Source of the DNA: Candidatus Moraniibacteriota bacterium
GTDB lineage: Bacteria; Patescibacteriota; Minisyncoccia; Moranbacterales; GCA-2747515
Assembly (NCBI GenBank): GCA_040772365.1
Contig: JAXGYI010000006.1
Coordinates: forward strand, 4,014-68,013
Direction: 5' to 3'
Length of the DNA: 64,000 nt
Shown: piece by piece, positions 52,025 through 60,643 of the stretch
How positions within the stretch are numbered: position 1 is the stretch's first letter
Layout: each line of letters begins with the position of its first letter
Notes under the pieces: generated by a model
What the model was told of the DNA's origin: nothing
The model's input: only the letters and a program-made list of their open reading frames with translations
Database searches by the model: none
Program-made: the position numbers and the translations under genes

Positions 52025-53221
52025 TCACAGTGATGCCCTGCGGATTTTAAGCTTTTTTAAAGCTGGGTATACACCGCAGTGGTTGGTGTCTTTGTATAGG
52101 TGTCTAGACATTGCCATGTTTTGCAAATCGCAGTGTCCACCGGATTTGAGCAAAGAGCAGTTGATGCATCCGGAAAAGGTATCGATTCGGAGTTTTCGTT
52201 CCTCTCCAAAGGCTTGAAGCCATGCGTCTGAAAATCTTGTATAACGAAGGTTATATTTTGATTTCCAGTTTTCTGCAGCATAGTAATTGTCGGCATACAA
52301 AAATCCATCCGAACTTACATATGCCACGAAAAGGCCTGGCTCCGGCCTCCCAGTTATTCTGACCAACTCCGAGATCGACTCGTAGATATTCGGATTTGAA
52401 ACAGGATATGTAGGCATCGGAATTGAGCGATTAGATTCGTAGCTCCTCCTGGCTTTTTCGAGCTCCAAAAGTTTCAGGAACTGATTTTCGCACAGAAGAA
52501 GTGACGGATTTTTCTTCGCTCTTCCGATTGGCAGGATGTCATTGAGAGAAAAATCGATGCCACTTTCAGCGCACCATTTTGCGGCTTGGATCATCTCGTC
52601 AATATTGTCATTGAAGATCAGTCCTTGGATTGCGAATGCCCTCCTTTTCGATTTGAGATTATTGATTATGCCCAAGATTCGCTTTCCTTGTATATGCCGT
52701 AAAATCGCGGTGCCTTTTTCTCCGTCAAAACTCAACACCAGAAAAACATCTTTGGGGATATCATCCACATTGATATTTTTCTCAAACTCAAGCCCGTTGG
52801 TTAGAAGATTACAGTTTAGCCCGATCCTCCTGGCATAAGTTACAAGTTCTATGCAATCTTTCCGCAGCAATGGATCTCCGCCGGTAAAGTATACATTTAA
52901 AACCTGCAACTTTCTGAGTTGATCTAGGATGTTTTTCCATTCGGTCGTGGACAACTCATCTTTTCTCGGTTTTCCGGCAGAGATGTAGCAGTGCTCGCAA
53001 CGCAAACCGCAACTTCGGGTAAGTTCCAGGTGTACTACTAATGGTGATTTTAGCGGGCAGGGTTTTGTTGTTAATTCGACAGGATAATCGGACAGTGGTT
53101 GATTGTCTTTGTTCAGGAAAATCAATTTTCCATCACCTGTTGATCGGATATTGCAGTAGCTTTCATGCCTTTCGATTTCTATATACATGGAAACCTCCTT
53201 GATTAAGTTGTTAAGGTGCAT
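52025..53221 (-). CDS. radical SAM enzyme with C-terminal SPASM domain
   Basis: 'LTRSCGLRCEHCY' CxxxCxxC, and a C-terminal 'CINCSLLKSGGHCDLQNMA...HCGV' auxiliary-cluster Cys pattern. Confidence 0.8.
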   Translation of the reverse strand: MHLNNLIKEVSMYIEIERHESYCNIRSTGDGKLIFLNKDNQPLSDYPVELTTKPCPLKSPLVVHLELTRSCGLRCEHCYISAGKPRKDELSTTEWKNILDQLRKLQVLNVYFTGGDPLLRKDCIELVTYARRIGLNCNLLTNGLEFEKNINVDDIPKDVFLVLSFDGEKGTAILRHIQGKRILGIINNLKSKRRAFAIQGLIFNDNIDEMIQAAKWCAESGIDFSLNDILPIGRAKKNPSLLLCENQFLKLLELEKARRSYESNRSIPMPTYPVSNPNIYESISELVRITGRPEPGLFVAYVSSDGFLYADNYYAAENWKSKYNLRYTRFSDAWLQAFGEERKLRIDTFSGCINCSLLKSGGHCDLQNMAMSRHLYKDTNHCGVYPALKKLKIRRASL

Positions 53222-53283
53222 CTTCTTTGACTTCCAAGACTATCATATCAATTTTGTTTAGTCAAAATTACCTGCGCGAAATC

Positions 53284-53335
53284 TTGACAAAAGCAATATT
53301 TATCTGTATAAAGATATGAACTGCATTTTTGCAGT
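53284..53335 (+). promoter_or_regulatory. near-consensus sigma70 promoter (TTGACA-N17-TATAAA) plus palindromic operator-like site ACTGCA-N4-TGCAGT
   Basis: -35 at 53284-53289, -10 at 53307-53312, palindrome at 53320-53335. About 55 nt upstream of the RNHCP/radical-SAM operon start. Confidence 0.45.
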
Positions 53336-53388
53336 CAATCAAACGGATTGCAACTTAACAACAGAATATACGATAAAAGGAGGCTGTG

Positions 53389-53703
53389 ATGGCAAAGCGA
53401 TTTTCAAGGCGTATCGAGGATTTTGTCTGTGAGAACTGTGGGGAGCTTGTTGAGGGTAACGGGTACACGAATCATTGTCCCAGATGCCTTTTTAGCAAAC
53501 ATGTCGATGTTAACCCGGGAGACAGAGCGGCAACTTGTGGCGGAATCATGGAGCCGATCAGTATTGAGGGTGGAAGAAAGGGCTTCATGATAACATTCCG
53601 ATGCAAGAAATGCGGTCATACGAAAAGAAACAGATCATCTGAAGTTGATGACATGAACAAAATCATTGAGCTTTCCAAGGGATATGCTCAAAAAAGGAGG
53701 TGA
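53389..53703 (+). CDS. RNHCP-domain zinc-ribbon protein
   Basis: 'GYTNHCPRC' (RNHCP-like motif) plus 'CENCG' and 'CKKCGH' CxxC pairs. Strong SD AAAGGAGG. Confidence 0.55.
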   Translation: MAKRFSRRIEDFVCENCGELVEGNGYTNHCPRCLFSKHVDVNPGDRAATCGGIMEPISIEGGRKGFMITFRCKKCGHTKRNRSSEVDDMNKIIELSKGYAQKRR

Positions 53704-53707
53704 TGCC

Positions 53708-54991
53708 ATGAATATCTTTATCCCAAGTGTTCCACATCTGGTTCACATAGAAACGACTTACGCTTGCAATCAGAGCTGTCGTTTCTGTTACAACCCTAAC
53801 CGCAACATGAAAATTGACCGGACGATTATCGATGGTATCGTTATGTCAATTTTCGAAGCATGGATTCCTCATGTGTATTTGATCGGAGGAGAACCCAGCT
53901 TGCTCGGTGCGAAGAAGCTCAATGAATACATAGAACTTCTCTCGCAGAGATCGTCGGTCACTATCGTGACAAATGGCCAAGTTTATCTCGAAGGCCTTTC
54001 CGATAAATTGGCCTGCATCGGGATACCTATGCATGGCATCAGCGAAACTCACGATTTTCTTGCTGGAAAAAGCGGAAGCTTCGAAACAGCAATCAAGTCG
54101 GTCGAGCGGTATGTGAAAAGAGGATTTGATGTCCGGTGCATACCCGTGCTGACAAAGACCAACTTCGACCAGATGTATGATGTCATCGGGTTAGCGAAAG
54201 AGCTCGGGATGGAAAGCGTCTTCGTAGACAGATACGAGGATGGCGGCATAGGCAGTCTTCGCTCATTGGAGCTTAAGCCATCACTTGAACAATTCAGGGT
54301 GGCGCTGGGGCAAATGATCGAAGGCAGAAATGATTTCGGTATCCCCGTTGGATGGGGAACGGCCATACCGTTCTGCTTGGATGAAAGGTTGATCACCGAA
54401 AACATGTTTGCGGATTGTGGAGCAGGTATTACATTCTGCGCCGTCAATCCCAAGGGTGAAGTAAGGCTGTGCAACCAATCCGAGCGGATTTACGGCAATG
54501 TGTTGAACGAACCGATGAATGAAATCTGGCACAAACCGGAACTTTCGGAGTTCCGCGATCTTGGATGGGTTGAAAAACCATGTCTGGGTTGCGCGGTTTT
54601 GTCAGATTGCATGTGCGGTTGTAAAGTTGATGCTAACCACTCGGAAACATTCTGCATCGACTACGCCGTAAGGGAAAATGGTAGCTTTTGCGAACCCAAA
54701 CCCTTGATTCATGATCGGGAAGGCTCGGGCATTCCTCACGAATTGCGTCGCTTCAAACTGAACAAGTACGCGCGACTCAATTCTCAACATAAGGAAAAAT
54801 ATCTGGTGACTCAATACCAGACAATTATCCTTGACGACATCGCCCTGTCTATGATGCAACAAATACTGTCAGGTGTAGTATGTGAAGAAACCCTGATAAG
54901 TATGAATGCTGAATTCGTAGATGAGGACGAGGTGAGGAAGTTTGTGTCTGTCCTGGATCAAGTCAAGGCAATAGACATTATCAAGGAGTGA
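53708..54991 (+). CDS. radical SAM enzyme with SPASM domain
   Basis: 'ETTYACNQSCRFCY' CxxxCxxC, C-terminal 'CLGCAVLSDCMCGCKVD' SPASM. The ATG at 53708 has SD AAAAAGGAGGTGA. Confidence 0.8.
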   Translation: MNIFIPSVPHLVHIETTYACNQSCRFCYNPNRNMKIDRTIIDGIVMSIFEAWIPHVYLIGGEPSLLGAKKLNEYIELLSQRSSVTIVTNGQVYLEGLSDKLACIGIPMHGISETHDFLAGKSGSFETAIKSVERYVKRGFDVRCIPVLTKTNFDQMYDVIGLAKELGMESVFVDRYEDGGIGSLRSLELKPSLEQFRVALGQMIEGRNDFGIPVGWGTAIPFCLDERLITENMFADCGAGITFCAVNPKGEVRLCNQSERIYGNVLNEPMNEIWHKPELSEFRDLGWVEKPCLGCAVLSDCMCGCKVDANHSETFCIDYAVRENGSFCEPKPLIHDREGSGIPHELRRFKLNKYARLNSQHKEKYLVTQYQTIILDDIALSMMQQILSGVVCEETLISMNAEFVDEDEVRKFVSVLDQVKAIDIIKE

Positions 54992-54994
54992 ACA

Positions 54995-55933
54995 ATGGAA
55001 AGAGAGCTGGCAGTGCGAGATTGGCACTGGGAAGTCACAAAAAAATGCAACCTGAAATGCCGCCACTGTATACTCGGGGGCTGTAGCAGTCAGGAGCAGG
55101 AGTTGACGACTCAGGATTCGCTCAGGGTCATATCTCGCATTGTCCAGCTTGGAGGAAAAACCCTCAGGATTACCGGTGGGGAGCCTCTTATGCGAAAAGA
55201 TCTAGGCCTAATTATTCGGGAGGCACACGCTTCTGGATTAGGCCTAGACTTAATAACTAACGGGACAATGTTAGACGATGACTTCCTGAGAAAGTACGGA
55301 CAGTGTATCAGTCACATGGCAATCAGTATTGATGGACAGAAAGAAGCCCATGAATATCTGAGAGGGATAGGGTCGTATGAAAAGTCCATACTGGCTGCAA
55401 AGAAGATTATGGACGTGGGTATAGATCTTTCTGTCTACATTACGGTACACTCATTAAATGAAAGCTCACTCGATCTTCTTGTGGATGAACTTGTGTCCCT
55501 TGGGATTGGAAGTTTTCATTTTAATGAAATCAATATGGAAGGGAGAGCATCGAAAAATCGGCATTTGCTTCTCGGACGGGAAAAGACTTCCAATAGACTT
55601 GATCGCATATTGTCCCAGCTACAAAAAGTCGTAGACGTTGGGCATGTTTCTCGCGATTCAAGCTGCTCGATCTCTTCAGACTCGGTCTACCTTGCTTCGG
55701 ACGGAAGAATCTATGCTTGCGTGGAGATAGCTTTTAAATCTCCCGAGCAAAAGATTGCCCATATTCTCGACCATGGGGCTGAAGGCAGGATAAACCGGTT
55801 CTTTTCAGAAGTGGTTATCCCGAAAGACTGCATTTGCCGATATTCATCATTTAGCATGCAAGGTATTAGTGTGTTACTTAATGAATCGGAGAGATGCCCA
55901 ATTCTAAAGGAAAGGAGGTTTGACAATGGATAG
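54995..55933 (+). CDS. radical SAM enzyme (possible SPASM/twitch C-terminus)
   Basis: 'VTKKCNLKCRHCILGG' CxxxCxxC. C-terminal Cys residues 'CVEIAF...DCICRY'. Confidence 0.75.
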   Translation: MERELAVRDWHWEVTKKCNLKCRHCILGGCSSQEQELTTQDSLRVISRIVQLGGKTLRITGGEPLMRKDLGLIIREAHASGLGLDLITNGTMLDDDFLRKYGQCISHMAISIDGQKEAHEYLRGIGSYEKSILAAKKIMDVGIDLSVYITVHSLNESSLDLLVDELVSLGIGSFHFNEINMEGRASKNRHLLLGREKTSNRLDRILSQLQKVVDVGHVSRDSSCSISSDSVYLASDGRIYACVEIAFKSPEQKIAHILDHGAEGRINRFFSEVVIPKDCICRYSSFSMQGISVLLNESERCPILKERRFDNG

Positions 55934-56492
55934 TCATCTGCGTAAACTGTACTCAGAGTTTAGTTTTCTCTACCGGGACATTCGATCTGTTTGCGCAGAT
56001 TGTAAAGATCATGACTGCGAGGGATATGTGTGGCTTCTGAAAGACGAGGCGTCCTTGCTGTATGATCTGAACGTTCCCATAGTGGAAATAAACGATAGTA
56101 CCTTTTTCATCCACTCATTCGAAGAGGTTGATGGATCATTATCGATCGACAAGCCAAAGCCGCCATGTAATCTGAGGCGCGATGGACTCTGTTCGATATA
56201 TGATTCAAGACCCTTGGTGTGCAGGATGTATCCGGTTGGACTCGTTACGGTGGATGGTGAGGTTTTGCTTGTCCTGCACAAGGACTGCAAATTCTCACGC
56301 GATATCAACGGCGAGGCTAAGGCAGCATTCATCGCGCAAGTGATTGAAGTGCTGAAACGGGCATCACCTGATCTTCTTGTGGAAGTCATGACTTCCTACA
56401 GAGAGGTTGATGCAATCTCGGCCTTTCCTGAAGGCCCCAACACCTATGAGGTTATCATGCCTTTTAGGTCTCTCATCCAAGAAAGGAGGTGA
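55926..56492 (+). CDS. YkgJ-family CxxCxxCC cysteine-cluster protein (putative Fe-S/Zn-binding)
   Basis: 'CADCKDHDCEGY...RRDGLCSIYDSRPLVCRMYP' matches the YkgJ/UPF0153 consensus. Confidence 0.6.
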   Translation: MDSHLRKLYSEFSFLYRDIRSVCADCKDHDCEGYVWLLKDEASLLYDLNVPIVEINDSTFFIHSFEEVDGSLSIDKPKPPCNLRRDGLCSIYDSRPLVCRMYPVGLVTVDGEVLLVLHKDCKFSRDINGEAKAAFIAQVIEVLKRASPDLLVEVMTSYREVDAISAFPEGPNTYEVIMPFRSLIQERR

Positions 56493-56498
56493 GCGGTT

Positions 56499-56615
56499 AT
56501 GTCGAAGTGCAAAGCTGTTTTGGACAGCCAGAAGGTGACCAAGATCACGGTCAGGAAGAAGGGCGAGAAGGCGACGGAGGTGTCGAAGGAAGTTGCGGCG
56601 ACCAAGAAGCCCTGA
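56499..56615 (+). CDS. unannotated 38-codon Lys-rich small ORF (MSKCKAVLDSQKVTKITVRKKGEKATEVSKEVAATKKP)
   Basis: ATG 6 nt after the YkgJ stop, preceded by AAAGGAGGTGA. Strongly AAG-biased Lys codons. Below the 60-aa cutoff of the ORF track. Confidence 0.35.
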   Translation: MSKCKAVLDSQKVTKITVRKKGEKATEVSKEVAATKKP

Positions 56616-57043
56616 AGAGCGTGGCGGTCTTGCAGTGAACTCTAACAAGGAGATTCGGTTTAAAAAACTGGGTCTCCTTTTTCTTTATACTATAATAATT
56701 TTCGAAACACCGTACTGTCTTATTCCTCAAAATAAGACAGTGGCTGTCCCGTGTCTCATTTGTCTCATTTTGCCCTCAAAAACCCGACCCGACCTCTTCA
56801 AATCCCAAGACTGGACAGACCCTCAAAAAAGCCTTATAATTCCCTATATATTTGGGTTCCAGACCGAGGTAGCCCGCTAAAGGTCCTTGTGCACGCTTTC
56901 GCTACGTGAAGATTTTTTAGAGCCGCAATACATACAGCAGTAAGGATTATGATTATGACGTATTGTGTGTGTTGTGCGATACAGTTGCGTAAAAGGGCAT
57001 GTGGCTTTATAATAGAGTCGTATGTTTTATGTGAGGAGATGAT

Positions 57044-57574
57044 ATGCTAATCTTGTGTAGGAGAACTATGCGACTGTTCAAGGGTGTGGGTATAGGTGTA
57101 GCAGTGTCGTGGTGTGTACCAGGAAGTGTGTGGGCTGTGTGTCCCGTATGCACGGTTGCTGTTGGCGCTGGCGTAGGACTGTCGCGCTATTTAGGCGTAG
57201 ATGATACTATTGCAGGATCATGGATTGGCGCACTAACAGTATCAGTGATTTTGTGGACCAATAGCTGGTTGGAGAAAAAAAACATACGATTTCGTTTTCG
57301 TGATGCCGTGGTGACATTATTGTATCTTGTGCTTGTAGTTGTGCCATTGTATTGGAGTGATATTGTAGGGCACCCACTCAACACACTGTGGAATGTAGAC
57401 AAGTTGATACTCGGTATTGCTGTTGGCGGTGGAGTGTTTTATGGTGCGGTGCAATGGTATGCATATCTCAAGGCACGCAATAATGGACGCAGTTATTTTC
57501 CATTTCAAAAGGTTGTGATGCCGTTGGTAGCGGTAGCGCTTGTGAGTATAGCATTTTATGTGATTACAAAATAA
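57044..57574 (+). CDS. hypothetical membrane protein
   Basis: 176 aa with a signal/TM N-terminus and several helices; host-like GC. Confidence 0.4.
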   Translation: MLILCRRTMRLFKGVGIGVAVSWCVPGSVWAVCPVCTVAVGAGVGLSRYLGVDDTIAGSWIGALTVSVILWTNSWLEKKNIRFRFRDAVVTLLYLVLVVVPLYWSDIVGHPLNTLWNVDKLILGIAVGGGVFYGAVQWYAYLKARNNGRSYFPFQKVVMPLVAVALVSIAFYVITK

Positions 57575-57586
57575 CGATATAGTACT

Positions 57587-58135
57587 ATGAGCAGTGATCT
57601 AAAAAAATTGAATGAGTTTGTGGAGAAAATTGACCACATGAAGAAACAGGATAAGATGGATCTGTCATCTGACCAGGATTTGAGTCTCGCGATCATGAAC
57701 CTCATTAGCATTGAAGAGCATTTCTTTTTTACAGCAGAGAAGACGGGGAAAAGTGAGTATTTGATGTTACTGAAAGAGGTTCGCGAGATGCGCAAGGTAT
57801 TGCTTCAAAAAATTATCAAGGAATATGAAGGTGAAGTATGGTGTATTTCCAAACACCTACTTGCAGCAAGTATGCGTCTTATGGAAGTCGGTACAAAGCA
57901 GTTGGGACAAGGCAATGATGCGGAGGCGCAGGAGATGTTTCAGAAGTCCTATGACCTCTATGGGATGTTTTGGGCGTTGAATATGAATTTAATCGGATCG
58001 GATGATGTGAAGAAGGCTGGCGGAATCAAAAAAATTGACGCGAAGGCGCTGAATAAAAATGACAAAGAAAAGAGTGGCTTTTCGGGGAAGCTACGCGACC
58101 TCGTGCGCAAGGCGATTGACTGCTGTATTGAGTAG
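57587..58135 (+). CDS. hypothetical soluble protein
   Basis: 182 aa, charged/helical; no motif recognised. Confidence 0.45.
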   Translation: MSSDLKKLNEFVEKIDHMKKQDKMDLSSDQDLSLAIMNLISIEEHFFFTAEKTGKSEYLMLLKEVREMRKVLLQKIIKEYEGEVWCISKHLLAASMRLMEVGTKQLGQGNDAEAQEMFQKSYDLYGMFWALNMNLIGSDDVKKAGGIKKIDAKALNKNDKEKSGFSGKLRDLVRKAIDCCIE

Positions 58136-58174
58136 CATGTGTACTGTTAACGACTGATAGGGAAAATATGAAAA

Positions 58175-58200
58175 CAGAATCACGCGGATTCTGTTTTTTT
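58175..58200 (+). terminator. intrinsic terminator
   Basis: CAGAATC-acgcg-GATTCTG hairpin followed by T8. Confidence 0.65.
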
Positions 58201-58201
58201 G

Positions 58202-58273
58202 TTGTCCGGGCAGGGATCGAACCTGCGCATGACGGGACCAAAACCCGTTGCCTTACCGCTTGGCTACCGGACA
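58202..58273 (-). tRNA. tRNA-Gln (anticodon TTG)
   Basis: Reverse complement TGTCCGGTAGCCAAGCGGTAAGGCAACGGGTTTTGGTCCCGT...GGTTCGATCC. U1:A72 and a D-arm like E. coli tRNA-Gln. Confidence 0.8.
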
Positions 58274-58333
58274 GCAGGGGAGTCTTGCACATGTTGACTA
58301 TAGTACCGCAGGATACATTTTTTTTCAAGTATT

Positions 58334-59908
58334 TTATGCTGTACCACCCATCAGTTGTGTGGCATAGGAGAGGAGCTCAGACGATGTGGCGGTGTTTTCC
58401 GTTGAGGCGCCAACAGAGACGGTAATTTTGAGGGTGCGCTCACAGTGCTCACAGAGGGCAGTTTCAATGATTTTGCGATTGGCGTGCTCGGTAATTTTAT
58501 CTTTATGGAAAGCATATGGTACGGTAATATTGATCGTGTTTTCGTCGGCGACGCAAGCAGTGCATTGCGTGAGGAGTTGTGCTAGTGTCTTGTGCTGTGT
58601 ATTAAGCCCAGTGATGCATGCGTGCCACGCATCGGCGAATGTTGTCGCATCCAAAGACTGCTGTTGCGTAGTATTGTGGGAGGTGGTAGGCACACTGTGG
58701 AGCGTTGTATGTTTTGACGGTGCTGTTGCGGTGCGGGGGGTAGCAGCGGTTTTTTGCGGTGTCGCTGCTTGACGTGGTGCTGTAGATGGTGGCTGCTGTG
58801 CAGTGGGAGGGCTGGAGATATGTGTACAGATTCGTACCACGGCAACTTCCAAAGGCAGTTGCGGAATTGTTGTGGCACGGGACTTGGTGAGTGCTGTAGT
58901 GCATTCCTCAATCATGAAGATGATTTGTGCACTTGTGAGATGGCGTGTGTATGCGCGTAGCTGTGTGAGATCGCTGTGGGTGACGGAGAGGAGGTTTGTC
59001 ATTGCGTCATCATGTGTGTCAGCGGTAACAGAGATGTAGAGCATGGTTCGCAGATGAACGATGACTGCCCGGGTGAATGTCTCAATGTTGTAACCATCTG
59101 CGGCAACGCGTGTAACGACGCCTAAAGCGTCCATAGTTGCACCCTTACTGATCGCTTCTACAAACGCCATAAGATCTTGAGCGTCTGTTGTGCCGAGGAT
59201 GCGACCAACCTCTGCAACAGTGATATGTTTATCTTCAAGGGCAAAAACTTGTGCAAGGAGACTTTCGGCATCGCGCATGCCGCCATCTGCTGCAAGGGCA
59301 ATCATCTCTACAGCCTCCGCCGCAATTTTTACTTTCTCCTTCTTGGCAATTATCGTGAGCTTGCGCACAATCTCATTGAGAGGGAAGCGCGCAAAGTCAA
59401 ATCGTTGGCATCGTGATGTAATTGTTGCCGGTACCTTATGGATATCTGTTGTAGCGAGAATAAAAATCACGTGCGCGGGTGGTTCTTCTAGTGTTTTGAG
59501 GAGTGCATTAAATGCACCAGTGGAGAGCATATGCACCTCATCAATAATGTAAACCTTATAGCGCGCCTCAGATGGTGCAAGAGCAACGGTTTCTCGTAGG
59601 CTGCGAATATTATCTACGCCGGTATGGGACGCTGCATCAATTTCGATAATATCAAGAGACTGTCCTTGCGCAAGGCGATCACGGATGTCGTCGGGCATGG
59701 GTGTGCCATCTGCGCGTGTGGCATTGACAGCATCGGCAAAAATACGCGCTAATGTTGTCTTGCCGGTGCCACGCGGTCCGGTAAAGAGATAGGCATGTGC
59801 AATACGGTCTGCACGAATGGCATTTTGCAGTGTAGTAACAATATGCTCTTGTCCAATGACATCAGCAAATTTTTTGGGACGGTAGGCGCGGTAGAGTGTT
59901 GCAGACAT
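58334..59908 (-). CDS. dnaX: DNA polymerase III subunit gamma/tau
   Basis: 'YRPKKFADVIGQEHI...LFTGPRGTGKTT' AAA+ clamp-loader N-terminus and an 'SRC'-containing sensor region. Confidence 0.9.
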   Translation of the reverse strand: MSATLYRAYRPKKFADVIGQEHIVTTLQNAIRADRIAHAYLFTGPRGTGKTTLARIFADAVNATRADGTPMPDDIRDRLAQGQSLDIIEIDAASHTGVDNIRSLRETVALAPSEARYKVYIIDEVHMLSTGAFNALLKTLEEPPAHVIFILATTDIHKVPATITSRCQRFDFARFPLNEIVRKLTIIAKKEKVKIAAEAVEMIALAADGGMRDAESLLAQVFALEDKHITVAEVGRILGTTDAQDLMAFVEAISKGATMDALGVVTRVAADGYNIETFTRAVIVHLRTMLYISVTADTHDDAMTNLLSVTHSDLTQLRAYTRHLTSAQIIFMIEECTTALTKSRATTIPQLPLEVAVVRICTHISSPPTAQQPPSTAPRQAATPQKTAATPRTATAPSKHTTLHSVPTTSHNTTQQQSLDATTFADAWHACITGLNTQHKTLAQLLTQCTACVADENTINITVPYAFHKDKITEHANRKIIETALCEHCERTLKITVSVGASTENTATSSELLSYATQLMGGTA

Positions 59909-59980
59909 AGTAAAACAGCATTAATAATCACATGATCACATTTCTCGTGTCATTATAGCATAGTGCGAATGCATGGTGGG

Positions 59981-60622
59981 TTATTTTTTGAATACGATGA
60001 ATTTATATCCCAAAAAGTTCCATATCATGGAGGCTACAGTTGCTACACCGGCAGCAATCTGCGCTAGCTGCTGCGGCGTTACTACTTGCGTGCCGGTAAA
60101 AATCTGAACAATAAACCATGTCAGGCTTACATTGATCGCCGCGCCGATGACACTTACTGTGAGAAAGAGTGCCATTTCATTGGCGGTGCTTTTATCAGGT
60201 GCATTAAATGTCCAGTATTTATTCCACAAATATCCACCAATGACAGCAACACCAAAGGATGTTGCTTTAAATAATGCAATTGCGGATCCGGCATAGACCT
60301 GTGTTGTTAGCATGAGGAGGCTATAGACACCCCAGTCGAGGAATGTGTTGAACGCGCCGACGGCAGCGAATTTTGCAAGCTGTAAGACAACAGGAATGCG
60401 TGTGGCGATGAGACCTGCAATAGCAAGGGCGCCCATAGCCATCAGAACAAAAAAGATGATCATGCCCACGATGACGGGGAGGGAGAGGTGGATAAATGGT
60501 AAATTGAGGTTTGTGAGGATGGGGATGGCAAATAATGCAAATGCTGCGCCAATAAAAGCAACAAAAGAAAAATCTCGCCGCGTTAATTGTGGTGCGGTAA
60601 ATGACTGTGACATAAACATCAA
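59981..60622 (-). CDS. GtrA-like polysaccharide-synthesis membrane protein with N-terminal extension
   Basis: C-terminal half has 4 TM helices ending '...IWNFLGYKFIVFKK', typical of GtrA. Confidence 0.45.
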   Translation of the reverse strand: MMFMSQSFTAPQLTRRDFSFVAFIGAAFALFAIPILTNLNLPFIHLSLPVIVGMIIFFVLMAMGALAIAGLIATRIPVVLQLAKFAAVGAFNTFLDWGVYSLLMLTTQVYAGSAIALFKATSFGVAVIGGYLWNKYWTFNAPDKSTANEMALFLTVSVIGAAINVSLTWFIVQIFTGTQVVTPQQLAQIAAGVATVASMIWNFLGYKFIVFKK

Positions 60623-60643
60623 ATATAGATAGGTGATTTACTA

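Larger units (their letters stand above)
42018..56615. mobile_element. integrated genomic island / degraded prophage next to tRNA-Ser(CGA), with cargo operons
   Basis: GC visibly drops from about 50% to about 35-40% across about 42.0-52.0 kb and returns to host-like GC after about 56.9 kb. Carries a large serine recombinase, terminase large and small subunits, and a truncated DNA MTase. Boundaries are approximate. Confidence 0.5.

Noticed and set aside
56364-56648. 94-aa minus-strand ORF covering the end of the YkgJ gene and the small peptide ORF
   Set aside because: It is antisense to a gene with a clear family signature and to a strongly RBS-preceded ORF. Its Arg/Leu-rich composition is typical of GC-rich antisense frames.
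58168-58425. 85-aa plus-strand ORF
   Set aside because: It overlaps the terminator hairpin and tRNA-Gln on the opposite strand, so it is spurious.
58334-59908. Programmed -1 frameshift site (A AAA AAG) in dnaX
   Set aside because: No AAAAAAG heptamer (CTTTTTT on the plus strand) was found within the gene.
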